A stretch of DNA of 64,000 nucleotides, from the NCBI GenBank assembly GCA_964199315.1, contig OZ116709.1, positions 13,516,001-13,580,000 of the forward strand, given 5' to 3'. Below, in pieces: positions 35,324-49,291 of this stretch. A program made the translations under genes and the position numbers. Position 1 is the first letter of the stretch. Every line of letters starts with the position of its first letter. Source of the stretch: Orbicella franksi. Lineage: Eukaryota. The notes beneath the pieces were generated by a model. It was not told the DNA's origin and made no database searches. It worked only from the letters and a program-made list of their open reading frames with translations.

Positions 35324-35803
35324 CTGTGTTTTAAATTATAAACAAATCATCAATGTTTCATCCTTTGAGGCCCAGGGATGGTTATTCGGGGCAACAACAA
35401 GTAAACCAAGGATCAAAAGTACCAGTATTGCAACGAAAGTTTATTGAAATAGTGTAATTGCCCCTGGAGAAATCCTCTTATTGGGTTTGTTCAAAAACCA
35501 TTTGATAAAACTCGACAAAACTCAATGAAAACTGTGTTGAATGAAAAAACAAAACAAAACGAAAACAAACAAACAAAAACAAAACAAGTAAAGATCAGTT
35601 GCAAAATAAAAACCTATGTAAGAAGGTATCAAAGTGGTGTGATTAGATGCAGTTCACTGATTCGGAACTGATTGGGCACATTCAATACAATGTCAAACTT
35701 TTATGACAAATCAGAGATCAAGTTTGAACTTATCCAGTACGATACACACGCAGATGTTATTCTTATAAGAATAATTGTTTACGTACAACTTTGCTATAGT
35801 GTA

Positions 35804-36048
35804 GTGGAGGCATGGTGGGTTCATAGTTAGTGGATTTGCCTCTGGGTTCAAGCCCTAGCCAGGAACCTTGTGTTGTGTTTTTGAGCAACGCATTTTACTC
35901 TCAGAGCCACTCTCCCCCCCCCCCCCCCCCAGGTGTACCGGCAAATCATCATCCTGGGAGGAGTAGAAATACTCCTAGTTGCTTCATGCCACGGAAACTG
36001 GAGATAAGCACTAACCTGATGGGCCACTTGGCTTGTATACAGACTTAA
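35804..36048 (+). mobile_element. tRNA-SINE copy, degenerate
   Basis: Homologous to 12-309 (GAGTAGAAATACTCCTAGTTGCTTCATGC...GGGCCACTTGGC). Confidence 0.65.
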
Positions 36049-36351
36049 CCCTGCTACAGTTTATCTATACACTTGTAAAACCCTACGAAGTATTTGACTG
36101 ATATTTTTGTACTGAAAGTGTTTTTAAATTGAAAGTAACTATGATAGAGAAGGGTCACCTTTTTGTTAAATTTGACCGGGATCATTGGAAGGTTTAGTTA
36201 GTTTCTTTTTGACTCAATGTATGCTATCATGCTCGTTTGGGCAAACACTGGCTTTTTCCCAGCTATCAGCTGAAGAACCAAGACTGCCTGTGGCATGAAA
36301 AGTGCTGACCTAAGGATAAGGACTATGTTCACATTATGCATATATTTTTAC

Positions 36352-36498
36352 CTCCAGTTTAGATCTTTCTCGTAATGTTTCTTCTTGTAAAGCTTTTACT
36401 GTGTGCAGATCTTGAGTTAAAGTGTTTATCTTTTCTGTTTTTTGCTTTATTTGCTCCTCAGCTGCTGAATGCTCGCTATCCTTGGCTTTTTTAAGATC
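36352..36498 (-). CDS. CLIP1: CLIP1-like coiled-coil exon (DLKKAKDSEH...LRERSKLE)
   Basis: GAAG/GTAAAA boundaries, 49 codons, phase 0/0. Confidence 0.83.
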
Positions 36499-36986
36499 CT
36501 TCAAGCATTAAAAACAAAAACAGTTTAATGGGTAGATATGGACTGATGCACTGACTTGCATCAGGGTAACTAAAACATCACCTACATATCTATATAATAG
36601 GATGACATTGAAGGCAGTGGAAGCTTTACAGCCTGATGAATAGCCAGCAAACCAACCACAGTTGGTATGTGAGTGAGTGATGACAAATTATTAACCAGGC
36701 TGTCTGGAATCGAACAGTTGATGTCTTTCAATGGGCTTTTTTTGTGTTGTTGGTGACAAGACCCATGCTTCCACTGAGCCAACTTCTTGGTAAGAGGAGT
36801 GAGGTCAGTAGGTGGAAAGTTTTGGGGGGCAGAGGGTCGGAAGGTTGGAAATTTTCATCCTGAGGACATAGCCAAGCTTGGAAGATTGGAACATAACATA
36901 CAACTTGAAAGTGACTGCCTGGAGAAAAGATTCCTTGATACAACACTGTTAAATAAAGATAATACATTTTCCCACTGACAGTGTAC

Positions 36987-37055
36987 CTCCAGTTCTGCTT
37001 GGTGTGCATTCTTCAAGTTTTCTTCATTTTTTAAGCTTTCTTCCAGTTTAGATCT
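36987..37055 (-). CDS. CLIP1: CLIP1-like coiled-coil exon (RSKLEESLKNEENLKNAHQAELE)
   Basis: CCTGTAG/GTACAC boundaries, phase 0/0. Confidence 0.8.
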
Positions 37056-37390
37056 CTACAGGGAAGGCAAAATGAAGCATTAGAGGACTTCAAATATTAT
37101 TTCAGGCCAAAGTACATTGCCAAAGATCAATCAATACATGTGCCTCTGAGGGCCTTGGTGTATGTGCCCAAGGGCACAAAGATGATTGAGTGATGTGCCT
37201 CTTACAGTCAAATGAGACTTTCTTTTGTGGACAACTTTGCAAACTCTTGCTGGAACATTGGTATTTTGATTGATGGTTTAGTTACAGTAGGTAAGTCGGC
37301 CACCTTCATGAGCCATCCTTTCACTGGTTCCATTTTTGAGTTATGTTTTTGTAAAAAAAATACCTCTTAGTCGGTGCTTCGGGTATGTTA

Positions 37391-37557
37391 NNNNNNNNNN
37401 NNNNNNNNNNNNNNNNNNNNNNNNNNNNNNNNNNNNNNNNNNNNNNNNNNNNNNNNNNNNNNNNNNNNNNNNNNNNNNNNNNNNNNNNNNNNNNNNNNNN
37501 NNNNNNNNNNNNNNNNNNNNNNNNNNNNNNNNNNNNNNNNNNNNNNNNNNNNNNNNN
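37391..37557. other. Assembly gap (167 N)
   Basis: Run of N. Confidence 1.
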
Positions 37558-37576
37558 AGTGAGAGATGTATGTATG

Positions 37577-38924
37577 TCACACCAATCAGATTGGATCTCC
37601 TATAAACAGCCAATCAAATTTCCTGTTGTAAAGGTAAATCGTATGTGAGAAGATTTGATCCCGATAAAGTTCAGAACGGCCATATTTATTCTTCTATAAA
37701 AGAGGAGGAAGTATTCATATATTGGGTTTACTTCGACATTTTTTTGTGGGTTAGGCTGAGGATTTTAGTTAAATGAACGAGATGAGCCTTGAGGTTTGAA
37801 ACAGTTCGTGAGTTAGTAGTATGCAAATGCAACGAGATATTTTTATTTTTAGTTACAAAGGTAACTTGATACTTTTGTTTTTCACAAGGAGTAAATTCAA
37901 TTAGAGGTCAAGAATCGTCGCTTCTAGTTCTTAGGACATGTTTTAGAGGGGACGAGACTTTAGATTTGAAACAGTTCTAACGTTCACAATAGTAAGTGCG
38001 GGTAACGATTGTTTTGTTCTTGTTGCATGCAAATATAACGAGATATTTTTGTTTTTTAGTTACAAAGTGTAATTTGACACTTGTTTTTCACGAGGGAGTA
38101 AATTCAATTAGAGCTGATGAATCATCACCACTCTTTCCCACGAGATGTTTGCTATCTTTAGTAACAAATGGTAACTTAACACTTTTGTTTTTTATATGGG
38201 AGTAAATTCAATTAGAGCTGACAAGTTATCAGCTATTGTTTCCAGGATATTAAACAAAAAAGAAACTTTCATTTCTGGATGGTTTTTACGTCTCTGTAGT
38301 AGCAGTTTAATAGTTTTATTATTTGATGACATTCATTTCAGTCCGATATTTTTAAAGGTAAAAAGTATGAAAACTGTTCAAATGTTCTTTGAAGACTGCG
38401 CAGCACCAAGATAAAGTGCAATTTAATTAAATCAGACTTTCAACGTGTCAGAGGTTTTTTTCTCTTTCTTTCTATTTTCAGTGAAGTTGTGTTGTGTTGT
38501 GTAAAAAGGTAAACTTACGACTCGTATAAAATGCGAAAAAGTCTCGAAATTAACTTGAGTATTTTTGAGCAAAAATTCCTCTTGGGGGTTGGAGGGGTTA
38601 TGGGATCGGTGAGTGAGGGAGTTATGCATGTGCGCGTGTCACATCAATCACAGTGCGGGTTGTATCAAAGAACGAATCAAATTGCCTGTTAGAAAATAAG
38701 ATGGTATCTACATTAATCTGGAGACGTGTCAGATTACTGTAGTTTGATCAGTCAAACATTTTATGGCTTACTATTTAGCTATCTTACCATGACCGATGTA
38801 ACATCGCAACCAAAAAAACTTGTCAAATTAACCAAATCATTACTGTACCATGAATACTCCAATCTGCGACACTTCACACAAAAAAATAACTCTTACACGC
38901 CTTGCGTGCCTATGTTTTTGCTAG
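37577..38924 (+). mobile_element. Non-autonomous Helitron-like element, copy 2
   Basis: TC start after (TATG)n; ends ACACGCCTTGCGTGC-CTATGTTTTTG-CTAG (hairpin + CTAG); colinear with 13574-15294. Confidence 0.68.
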
Positions 38925-39660
38925 GAGTAAAAGACAATTTGGAGAAAGCAGGTAATCTTTTATTAGTCATTCAAAGTGCAACAATACCAGCTTGATTAAG
39001 AGAATGGAACCAATAATTGCTTCATGGCCAACAGGTGTAAAACAGGAACAAATCACAGGAAGACTCAAACACTTTATCCAGTATTGTTAATTTTAAAAGG
39101 GACGAACAGTTTTTACTCCTGACGCAGAGAGTTTACACCATACTTCAAAGAAAACCAAACAAAGCAATTTCTACTTCAGAAATCTGGCAAACTATTGTCT
39201 TGAATAGAATATGTACAGTGGCTCAATGTATTTGCTTGGTGGTTCCTCAACACAGAAACTCGCGACCTTTCTTCGAGCTACTGCAGCAACACTTGAAATA
39301 TTTTTGCAATCTTGATTGAGCAGTTGGCAGGACCTGTGAACCGAAGCAAGGAATATGCCTACACATTTTGCAAATTTACTTGAAGTTAACTGTTGCTGAA
39401 AATAACGATGTCACAGCTGAAATTTGTAAAGTTCCCAATTAAAGATCATCCATTTTGACTGAGATGCAATTTTTTAACCTTACTTTTGCATTAAATAAAG
39501 TTGTTATTTAAACAATTACAACACTGCTACCCTGGAACACTTCTGCAAGTATTAATTTTTTTCAAAAGTTATACTCTTCTTTACCTCTGATGTGCTTTCC
39601 TTAGTTATACAAGCAAGTTGCTGCAGAAATGTTACATTAACAGAAACAAACATTGCTTAC

Positions 39661-39744
39661 AAGGTTTTGCATCATATTCTCAGCTGTTCTGGTCTGCTCC
39701 TGGTGGGATTTTTTTAATGTCTGCAAATCCTTATTATGCAGCTC
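39661..39744 (-). CDS. CLIP1: CLIP1-like coiled-coil exon (ELHNKDLQTLKKSHQEQTRTAENMMQNL)
   Basis: TTTTTTAAG/GTAAGC boundaries, phase 0/0. Confidence 0.8.
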
Positions 39745-41632
39745 CTTAAAAAAAGAGAAACAAATTTCCCTCAGTGTTAAATAATAATTTTGCTCTCATT
39801 AACAAGGAATACGCTATTTTAAAACTTTACATTATAGTGGCTAAATTGGGTTAAAGTGACATTCCCTGGATTGTTGTGATGATCTTGTGCCACCACAGGA
39901 AAAATAAAAGGGTAACAAATATTTCATTGTTATTGTAATGTAGTGGCTCAGCACATTTTAGCATGCTTCTGAAAATCATTGGCAAGCAATCACACATTTT
40001 ATGAATCCATGTCATAGTGAAACTTAAGACAACTTTGTTGTGAACGAAATTTGAGACAAAAGAAAATTGAGGGCACCAAACCACAAGCATGGAAATCAGT
40101 GTAACATTTTCCTGAGTCAAGGCTGAAAATCAGTAGCTTTCAAATGCATCAAATGATTGGTCTCCTTGAAGGTAAAGTTTGAAATAATCTTGAGGTGTGA
40201 ATAACTGACATTAGAATGCCTGCCACAACTTAGAACCAGCTCCTCACCTTCTGGAAAACCCAAATCACATTCCAGTGGAAAGTCCCTTGGTCAGAAAGAT
40301 TATATCTCAACAGAAATGTTGTCTAGGGACTAATTATCCAAACAGGAGTCCAACTTTGAACAAAGAAATTAATTCCTTTGTTGCATGATTGTTCCCTTCA
40401 CGAATAATGTAAGTATAAAACTATACAGAATCTTGGATGGTCTGGTTTTAAAATAATTTTTCTTTTCCAGTTGTCTCATGTCCAAGTGATATGAGTCAGA
40501 TCAGGCCAGATCAAACTACATTTGTAATGATACTGGAAGTCTAATGCTACATTTTATTCAAAGCATGAGAGCATATTACCACTTCACGCTAGTTGCATTT
40601 AATTTGGAAGCAAGTCGAATCACTCAAAGACAAGTCAACTGGAACTGATTCCAATTCCTCTGGTTTCAGTTTCATTTCAATCCATGAATGCAACTACATG
40701 TAATAACAGATTTAACATAAAGTAGGATTTAATATAGAGCCACACAAACATTCCTGAAATGGAATTCTAACATGTGTGACATTCTGCTTTAGGAAACCCT
40801 TTCATTGGGTCAAAAATACTGAAGCCCTAAAAAACTTAGACTTGCCACAAGTCAACTTCTTCTTCAAGAAAATGAGTAATGAAGTCACGATAAGCAAGTG
40901 ATGAAGACCTGAGAAGTCAACTTGTTCCGCTTGCTCAAATTCGAATTTAATTTGCATAATATTTGGTGCAAAAATATGGGCCCAACCTAGGGACTGAGAC
41001 AATTGTTTTCAGAGAGAGATGTCAATAAAGTGGGATTTAAGTTTACCATATAACAACCCCTGTAGGAAAGCCTTTAGCCCAAGGTATTCTGTGCTAAGAC
41101 AGAAATGCAAAGAACAAAATGAGAAACTTTGCTAACAAAACTTAAAAATTAATCACTCCGGGAGGAATGTTTCACCTCCAGGTCTGATATAATAGGACAA
41201 TGCATGTTTGCCATTCCTTGTTATGCATGTGTGTCTTTTTATTGAAGTTTACCACTTTGTGCCACGATGCCGTGGCAGATGCAGACAGCGACACAGTATT
41301 ACAAAAGTGTAAATATCTGTGCCAAAAACTAAGTTCTAAAACAGACAAGAATATGCAGCAATAAGAACAGCTCTAAACTTGAAAATATAGAAATGACCAA
41401 TAATGTATTAGACCAGTGTTTGGTTTCTTTTAGTTCCAGGTAGTCTTTAATTGTACATGTACTGCTACATGCAAATGGGTTTAACAGTAACTGTTAAATC
41501 CATTTGCATGTTTTGAAGTGCCAATTATATGGAAATTTAAGATGTTGCAGATGGAAGCACTTTAGATCTATTTGCAACCAATATTTGCATGAATGAAGGT
41601 GAAGCTGACATGAGACTTTTTATAGCATTTAC

Positions 41633-41714
41633 CTTTGCTTGTGAAAGATCGTCAGACAATCTACCAATCTGGATCTGAGCTTCAGCTGAGGAGGATTTCA
41701 ACTTATCCAAAATC
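41633..41714 (-). CDS. CLIP1: CLIP1-like coiled-coil exon (ILDKLKSSSAEAQIQIGRLSDDLSQAK)
   Basis: TTTTGTAG/GTAAAT boundaries, phases 2/0. Confidence 0.8.
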
Positions 41715-44503
41715 CTACAAAAAAGAGTTCAAAAAATGTCATGAGATTCTGATCTGGAAAAATACAAATTTAACACAATAGAAATCTAACAATCATAGAG
41801 AAACACCCAAAACCCACTACAACACTTTAGCCTTGTCAACTTTGGTAAGACTTCAGAGTGCAAGCAACTGTGAAAGCTTTATACATTGGTCAGCAGAGAT
41901 GTACAAAAACATTTAACAGGACCTACAACTTGAAAAGTTAAAGTTACAAATGTTCATTGCAAGGCACATTAGTCAAAAAAGTATAAAAATATATAGATAA
42001 CATCATGCAATCAGGGAAATACATAAACAGCAAATGGTGCAGTTAGGTAAATGATATGGTTAATAATCTCAGTGAATCAAAGTTACAACAGACAATCCAA
42101 TATTATTTTCAGTGATGTTATATAAAATATTAATATTACATAAACATTTTGTAGCACAATGCCATAAGGTTAATATTTTTGCATTAAATGGAGAAATTAG
42201 GTAAATGGTACAATAAAATAAAAAATTAAAGTATGCAAAGAAATTTCCAATTTTCATCAGTTGTTATTATTAAAAACAACAGAGGTTACCACCAAAAAAA
42301 TTCTTAATGGTGTCTTATTTTTGTGTTCACAATACCACCTTAACCAAAATTCAGTATTTACTCTCCTTCTAATTTATTAATATACAAATACTACATTATA
42401 GTAATTTTGAAAAAAAGAGTAACTAAAAATAATTAGTAACAATACCAGTCTTCATAATAATGAAAATGCAAGAAACAAAAAGCTATAAGAACTAATCCAG
42501 TGATCAGGGAAATGAATCAAAGAGCACAATTCCCAGGAAGTTGTCAATTTATTATTTTACAACAGTGACCCTAAAATAATTCTGACATCAGTACAAGGGT
42601 TAGAACAATTCATTTAATATTATACTGTCTCGAGAATGCCAAATGAATGACTAAATGCATCTGCACACTTACAAAGCGATCAAACACCTTTTTGCTTCAA
42701 TCATGTTGCTCTAAGAGCAAACCATTGAATTTCTCAGTGAATGATGATTGACATGACCTAACCTTTGCGTAAGAGAAATTACTCTCGTCATAAAAACACT
42801 TATGTTTTAAAGAGGAAAAATTACAGTTATATACAGTTTTTTAACCAAAAGTATTGATTCTGACTGAAAACTTTACCAAAGATCTTTTCTCCACACTTCA
42901 TGCCCACAGCAGAAAGGCTATTTTAAAACTATCAAAGCTGTAAGACAATGTTCACAGATATAAGCCAACCTCTTTGTGAGCCTTTCTAGAACCTACATCA
43001 CCATTACATGATGTATGCCTGAAAAAATGAGATTAACACGTTCTCCTTTAACAAATGACCTGTAAATTTTAACACAATTAAAACGAACTTCCATTTACAT
43101 TTTCCTTAAATTTAACAGAAGTTTAAACTACTATTTAATTTGAGTTATCTGAACTAACAGTGCAACATTCACAGTTACGTAACACATTGTCTTAAAGATG
43201 TTAAAAATAAAGTGCCTGCAAAACAGTAGAATTGTAATTGGAAATTAACAAAATTAATGATCTACCAATTCCTAATTTCCATAATCTGATCCACCACTAC
43301 AACCCGTAACTTGCTTACACAATTCACAGGTTAAAAAGTACATTTATAGTCATTTGACTAGAGTTTTATTTAGAGTTATATTTATTCACCAAGTGCCCTT
43401 GTGTCACCATGGATTAATGTTACAACACCTTTTTAAAATTATTTGATACTTTGTTTGCTGGTGTATACATGTATATACAACAGTACTCTAAAAAGTAGAG
43501 TACAATTCAACAATGAAAAAATTTTAAAGTAACAATTACATTACAGTTTTATCACCAAAGAAGCATTATAGTGGCAGAGTGGAACACGTTTTTTAATTAA
43601 ATAAATATTTATAATATTTTTTCCCATTTTTACTAAAAAAAAAATCTATATAGAAGACACTCAAATTGGGTTTTATAGATAATTTCTTACAAAGAATTAT
43701 TTAGAACTGTAGGAAGTTTACAAAATAAAGATACATGTAACTGTCTCTGCAGGTATTTAAGTCTTGTATCATAAGCAACCATTTAAATGAAGATCATAGT
43801 CAAAGCAGACCTTAAAGTTCCTCAGAAGGATCAACTACTATAAGTTTCTCCCCCCTACTACAGTATTTAACTATTCTTAGCCTTTGGAATATTATTATAG
43901 ATATAATAAAAAGAGATTTATGATTGTCTGTTGTACTTGAATAAAACCTGACGGCATGATTTTAATTACAGCAACAACACAGCCACAATACAATCCACCT
44001 TTACCCAACGTCTTTTGGAAAATGTGATTTTTAACTGAAGAAATCAACTAGGTGTAGATGAAAGCCATCACACAATAACTTCTCAGTTATAACAAACAAA
44101 TTTTCTTGACCCCAACTGAGACATTTCTAGTGGAAGACAACTTGTCTCTTTCTGTTCATTTGGGCCAGCTGTAACACACTATTCAAAGAATGACAGATTT
44201 TGTAATGAATGATGCTTATGTACTATATAAAGGATGTATACCAGATTTTTTTGAAAAGGGAAAATGGAAAATAATATTAAAGAAACAAACATTGTGTTAA
44301 GGGTACACTCCACTAATGCAAGTTATAAAACTACATGCAACAAACAAAACAACTTGGCCCTTGAACTTCTTGAAGTCCAGGTTTTTAATGTATATTTTGA
44401 ACAGACCTCCTAGTGTGGAAAAAGACATGAAATTTGGAAATGTGAAAAAAATAATTGAAAATCAAATGAAGGATGCAGGTTACTTTGGACGCCTACTTGT
44501 TAC

Positions 44504-44592
44504 CTGTCTTTTTCCCTGAGTTGTTCATTGAGGTAAACCATCTTTTGGGAACTATCACCAGAATTCTTTGCCAATTCTGCAATTTCTGACTC
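44504..44592 (-). CDS. CLIP1: CLIP1-like exon (ESEIAELAKNSGDSSQKMVYLNEQLREKD)
   Basis: CTGCAG/GTAACA boundaries, phases 0/2; resembles recalled CLIP-170 MSGDNSSQLTKMNDELR. Confidence 0.88.
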
Positions 44593-46422
44593 CTGCAGTA
44601 GAATTTCAAATGATAGACTGAGGTACTGATCATTTCTAGATAAATGTTTGACAGAAATATGCTCATTCAGTTTCCTTATACAGTAAATGGTGCATAGCTA
44701 CTCAGTCATTCACAGCAAAAAATTGTTTAAACTGCATGCAGCAACTAATACTGCATCATTAACATAGCAATTGATTGGTGCTTGTGTGATAATTGTCATA
44801 CAGGTAGACATGACGCCATGTAAGTAAGGTAATAACTGGAGTACAAAGCTTAAAGCTCGGCTCAAAGTGATTTTAACTTATGTTATATGTTTTTCCATTC
44901 TAGAATCATTAAAGTTAGAGTAATTCCTACAGCATAATTAAAATCAAGTAGATAGCAACATTTAATACAAAGATAAATAATGTAATCAATGTAAAAGGTA
45001 ACACTATCAGACTATTTTTTTTACAATTCTGGTACAACTTTTCAGTGAGTTAAGTGAGTAAAATCTGTTACATGAGCACCAAATTAATTTGAAGTTATTA
45101 ATATTTTGAATTTCCTGCATGCACTGGACAAAATAGGCTTATCATGAAAATACCATTATAATATTTCTCAAACTGCAGGTTAAGCCTTGTATTCAACATG
45201 CATACATTTACCAGGTTCTTTGCATGACCTGCACATGTCTTGCAACAACTTCACTAAACTAAAATTTGCTAAATTAGACAGTGCATGTTATTGTATTGTA
45301 GGACAACAATACTATTGCACTTTGTTCTTTCTGTAACCTATAGTTTCCACTGGCCTCAGATGTAAAATTCTATGTTTCTTTAGTACCAGAAGACGTGGCA
45401 CTGAAGTGTAAGCTAACTACCTGTACTCTAAATTCTATTATACCACTAGAACAATGGGACTGAAACAATTTGCTACAACCATGCGAGGGTAAACCTGTAC
45501 ATCGAAGAGTACTGTGGTATTTGCAGGAAAAGCCTATTCTCCAACTGTGAATCATGTTTTAAGAGTTGACACAGTTCCAATGTCCTGTCACTTATGACTG
45601 TATAGCTATGCCAGATATAACTACACCATCCTGATGCCATCCAAACAGTTCCAAGCTATGAATGCAGTTTGTGGGTTCAAATCCCAGCTGAGGTCAAAGA
45701 CATTTTCTCTACCTTTTGTGATTCCCCATTTCCTTTCTAGGGCCAATGATCAAAAGAAAGAAAACTTGTTGATTTCCAGCACTCGAAATATTACTTCAGA
45801 GTTAATTTTCTACTTTCCATCTTCAGAACTGTGTTTACTCTAGAACCAAACCCATTTATTACTGAGATGTTCAGCTCGTGCTTTCTCTGAAAGAGTCCAT
45901 AGGCATTGGTTTGTCAATTTCCTTTTATAAGCAAATGTAGCCGTGCCAGTGCATTACTTTGTTGTTATACCTACAGCACTTCAGTAACACTTTCACTTAG
46001 CAAAATTACTTTTACATGAATGCTGGCTGATAAGAACTTTATCTAATGTCAATTCCTTTGCATGTTTAAACACATAAAGTACATTCATTTGTAACAACAG
46101 GGCCAAAGAGTGTGAACTTTTATCTACTTGGTTCCATTATACAGTCACCCGCTTTTTGAAAGGTTAGCACTAGGCTGGTTAGCAAGTCAGTGTTATTTGT
46201 TTTTGTTTGTTTTTGTGTTTTTTTGTTTTGTTTTGTTAGAAGAGTGACAGAATCAAGTCCAAGTCCCTGAGATTTATGAGTATGAGTCTAACCATGACCC
46301 TTTCATTGACACACTGTGAATAAAAGAATACTAGGAAACTGTTGAGGTAAAGAGGAAAAAAACTCAGCTATAGGTCCTACAGAAAAAATCACACTGCAGC
46401 TGCATTTATATCATTGATTTGC

Positions 46423-46490
<68 letters not shown>
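46423..46490. repeat. (TAA)n microsatellite, probably the 3' tail of a minus-strand LINE
   Basis: About 22 TAA units followed by TTTATATAGCGCC, the reverse of a typical L2/CR1 3' end. Confidence 0.85.
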
Positions 46491-48272
46491 GTAAATATTT
46501 ATATAGCGCCTATCCATGCCTGCTCTAGGCACTGTACAATTCACCAAAATGAGCTGTACTAATCTTAATAGTATTGCTAGTATTTATTTTAAATAGCTTT
46601 ACTATAATGCAATACGCGTATGTATCATTACTTCACCACGCAAAAGTTGTTAAAATAAATAATATCAGCCAATGGTGCATACTGAGAAAGACCATTGGGA
46701 TGAGGCTGTGCACTATTGCCACAGCTGAGCCAGTTTTGAATAATAACCAAATTTGAGAGGTTGCTTATGTCTTTTTAACTTAAACTGGTACAACACTACC
46801 ACAAGCTATGTACCACAAAGACAAGGTTGAAAGCATCAATGTTTACTTGTTCCACTATCCTACACCAATGGCTCAATTGTGAAATGATAAACTTTTGGCC
46901 GCTAAATGCATGGAAGTTGAAAAACTACAGAATGGCACATTTGACCAGCCTCTGAATATTACTAAAGAGGAGAAATATTCATAACACAACCATTATGCCA
47001 ATGTGATTGTCTTAAGGCTTGGTTGCATTTAATGTCAACTGTGCTTGTAGTAGTAATCGTTTGTCAAGACTGACTCCCTAATGAGCTCCAGCTTGCGCTA
47101 CATGTGTAATAACACAACTAATGCACTTTATTATAAATTAACAATTTCTCTTTCCTCTCAATGTTATTTTTTGAATTTTGAAGTGTCCAAACCTACTTAA
47201 CCCTTTCACTCCTGTGGGGAAACCACACTTTTTGTAAAAAGGTAACTACAGACCCAAGGACCACACAGAGTATACCGTTTGAAAGATATCATTTGTGGGA
47301 TACCATACTTCATACTAACAGCCAAAGAGGATGCCTCAGTTTGAATTGAAAAGCATTTAAAACGAAAAAAGAAAAATGTTAAAAAATAACAATTCCTTCT
47401 ATAGTTGAGGTATACTCCAAAACTATAGCTTAGGTTATTGTCAGATATCAACTTGACCTTAAAAGTCTAGGAGGAAAAAAAATGCACAATTTGTAGGGGT
47501 GGTTAATCAAGTCTCATATAGATGGGGAGTATGATTTTATGCTTTCAAATGACAGATCAGTCCAAGACCTTTTTGCTGTTCAAATCTGATAAGAAGTGAC
47601 CAAATACTGAGCATGTAATGGTATTTTGTGCCACATGGCACACTTGGGAGTGAGAGCCCTGTGAAAACCCAAAGTCTTGCGATTTTAAAAAACCCAGTGG
47701 ACATTTTGTTATGATCTGTGTAAGTCTACACTTTGTACAGTACACCCATACCACTGATTATGATGGCCAATGGGCTCAGCTGCTGCAGATTAAGGAATGT
47801 ATATGAAATTGGCATTGCTTGTATTTAGAAAATAAAGGAAATATTGAATGTCCACATCTTGTTGTTCCTTTTGGCACTTTTTTAGGCACTTTTTTCACAA
47901 AACTCAAAGAAACTTCACTTGAAGTTGACTTCTTTACCAGCATTTTGAAGTACCTGTTTCCTGATAAATACTTCACAGTTCCTTCATTACAGAGAGAACC
48001 ATGACAAAACGTAAGGCAAATGGAGAACCAAAATGACAGTAAATTTAAAACTTTTCAATTTTTTTTAAAATTGCATCTTGTTAAAACCAAAATATTTTCT
48101 TATAGAAATCCTTTGGGTGATGTGTAGATTCACGAGAAAATGTAGAAAATTAGGTTCTGGGCACTTTAAGAAGTAAATGTTAGTGTTATAGTGTAGTATT
48201 ACTGTGCTAGAGAGAGTGACAAAATCAGCATCTGTTAATTTACAAAGGTAAGTAAAAATAATGTACACTAAC

Positions 48273-48340
48273 CAGTTTATTCTTGTCTGCAGTGAGATTC
48301 TCTGATTTTACTTCACTTATATGAAGCTGCTTTTGAAGTT
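48273..48340 (-). CDS. CLIP1: CLIP1-like exon (LQKQLHISEVKSENLTADKNKL)
   Basis: TTTTAAG/GTTAGT boundaries, phases 1/0. Confidence 0.82.
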
Positions 48341-49054
48341 CTTAAAAGAAATAGAAAAACATATTTTGTTGTTTACTACTGGAGAATGGATTTTAAACAT
48401 TATTAATTTAGTCTTCTTGAAAGTGGCAAATACAATTTAAACTAAGATGTAAATTTCAGAGAAGCTGGTTAGCCTCACTGGCATGTGTTATGAATGTGTC
48501 TACTAAAAGTGCTTCTACAAACATTTGTTGACATATATCACCTCTTTACATTCATATCCAACCTGCATTTACTTGACTACAATCAGCTACAAAAGTGTTG
48601 AGACACTTCACCTTACAGAGCCTTTTGTATTGTTTTTGTTGCAATTATTGTAGCCCAAGTGGCGCTCATTTTATGAACCTCATACTGCTGTAGAATTTTT
48701 CGTAGACCACTACACCTCTACACCCCACACGTTTATCACCGATCACTTTGTACTTCTTCTCTAGCGTGTACATGTAAAATGGTGGCATTTTACCATGGTT
48801 ACCACTGGTTTTTAGTCTGTTGTAGCAGTTTTTATTCAACCCTACGCCTGAACTCGTTTGTTAACGATCATTTCTACATAATACAAAAACTTCTACGCCT
48901 ATTTGAGTTTCATAAAACGGGCTGGGTATATCGTGACCAGTTTGTCCCCTACCCCCGCCAATCAATGCTGATATACAGAACACAGATTGTGTTCACAACT
49001 ACAACATTGAAAGGGGCAGTGGGGGAGGATTGGGGTACCACGTTAAAGCAATAA

Positions 49055-49291
49055 TAGAGAGTTTAAGCATGACGTTTACAGCAAACGGCAAATGGCAAAG
49101 ATTACCTCTGAATCTGTGTTCTTTTCTTCTAATCCTTAATAACTTAATCACACAAAAATAGAAACATGTCTCCTACTATTCACCGCAAATACAAATATTG
49201 TCACAATACTGTATAGACAGCTGAAGACAGATGGCAAAAGTTTCATTTTTGCTGTTTGCCATTTGAGGTAATGTCATGCTTAATCTCTCTA
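49055..49291. mobile_element. MITE
   Basis: TAGAGAGTTTAAGCATGAC ... GTCATGCTTAATCTCTCTA. Confidence 0.7.

Noticed and set aside
37336-37648. ORFs spanning the N run
   Set aside because: Artefacts of translating the assembly gap
39200-39335. Possible minus-strand exon SCQLLNQDCK...
   Set aside because: It runs into a stop with no phase-compatible donor
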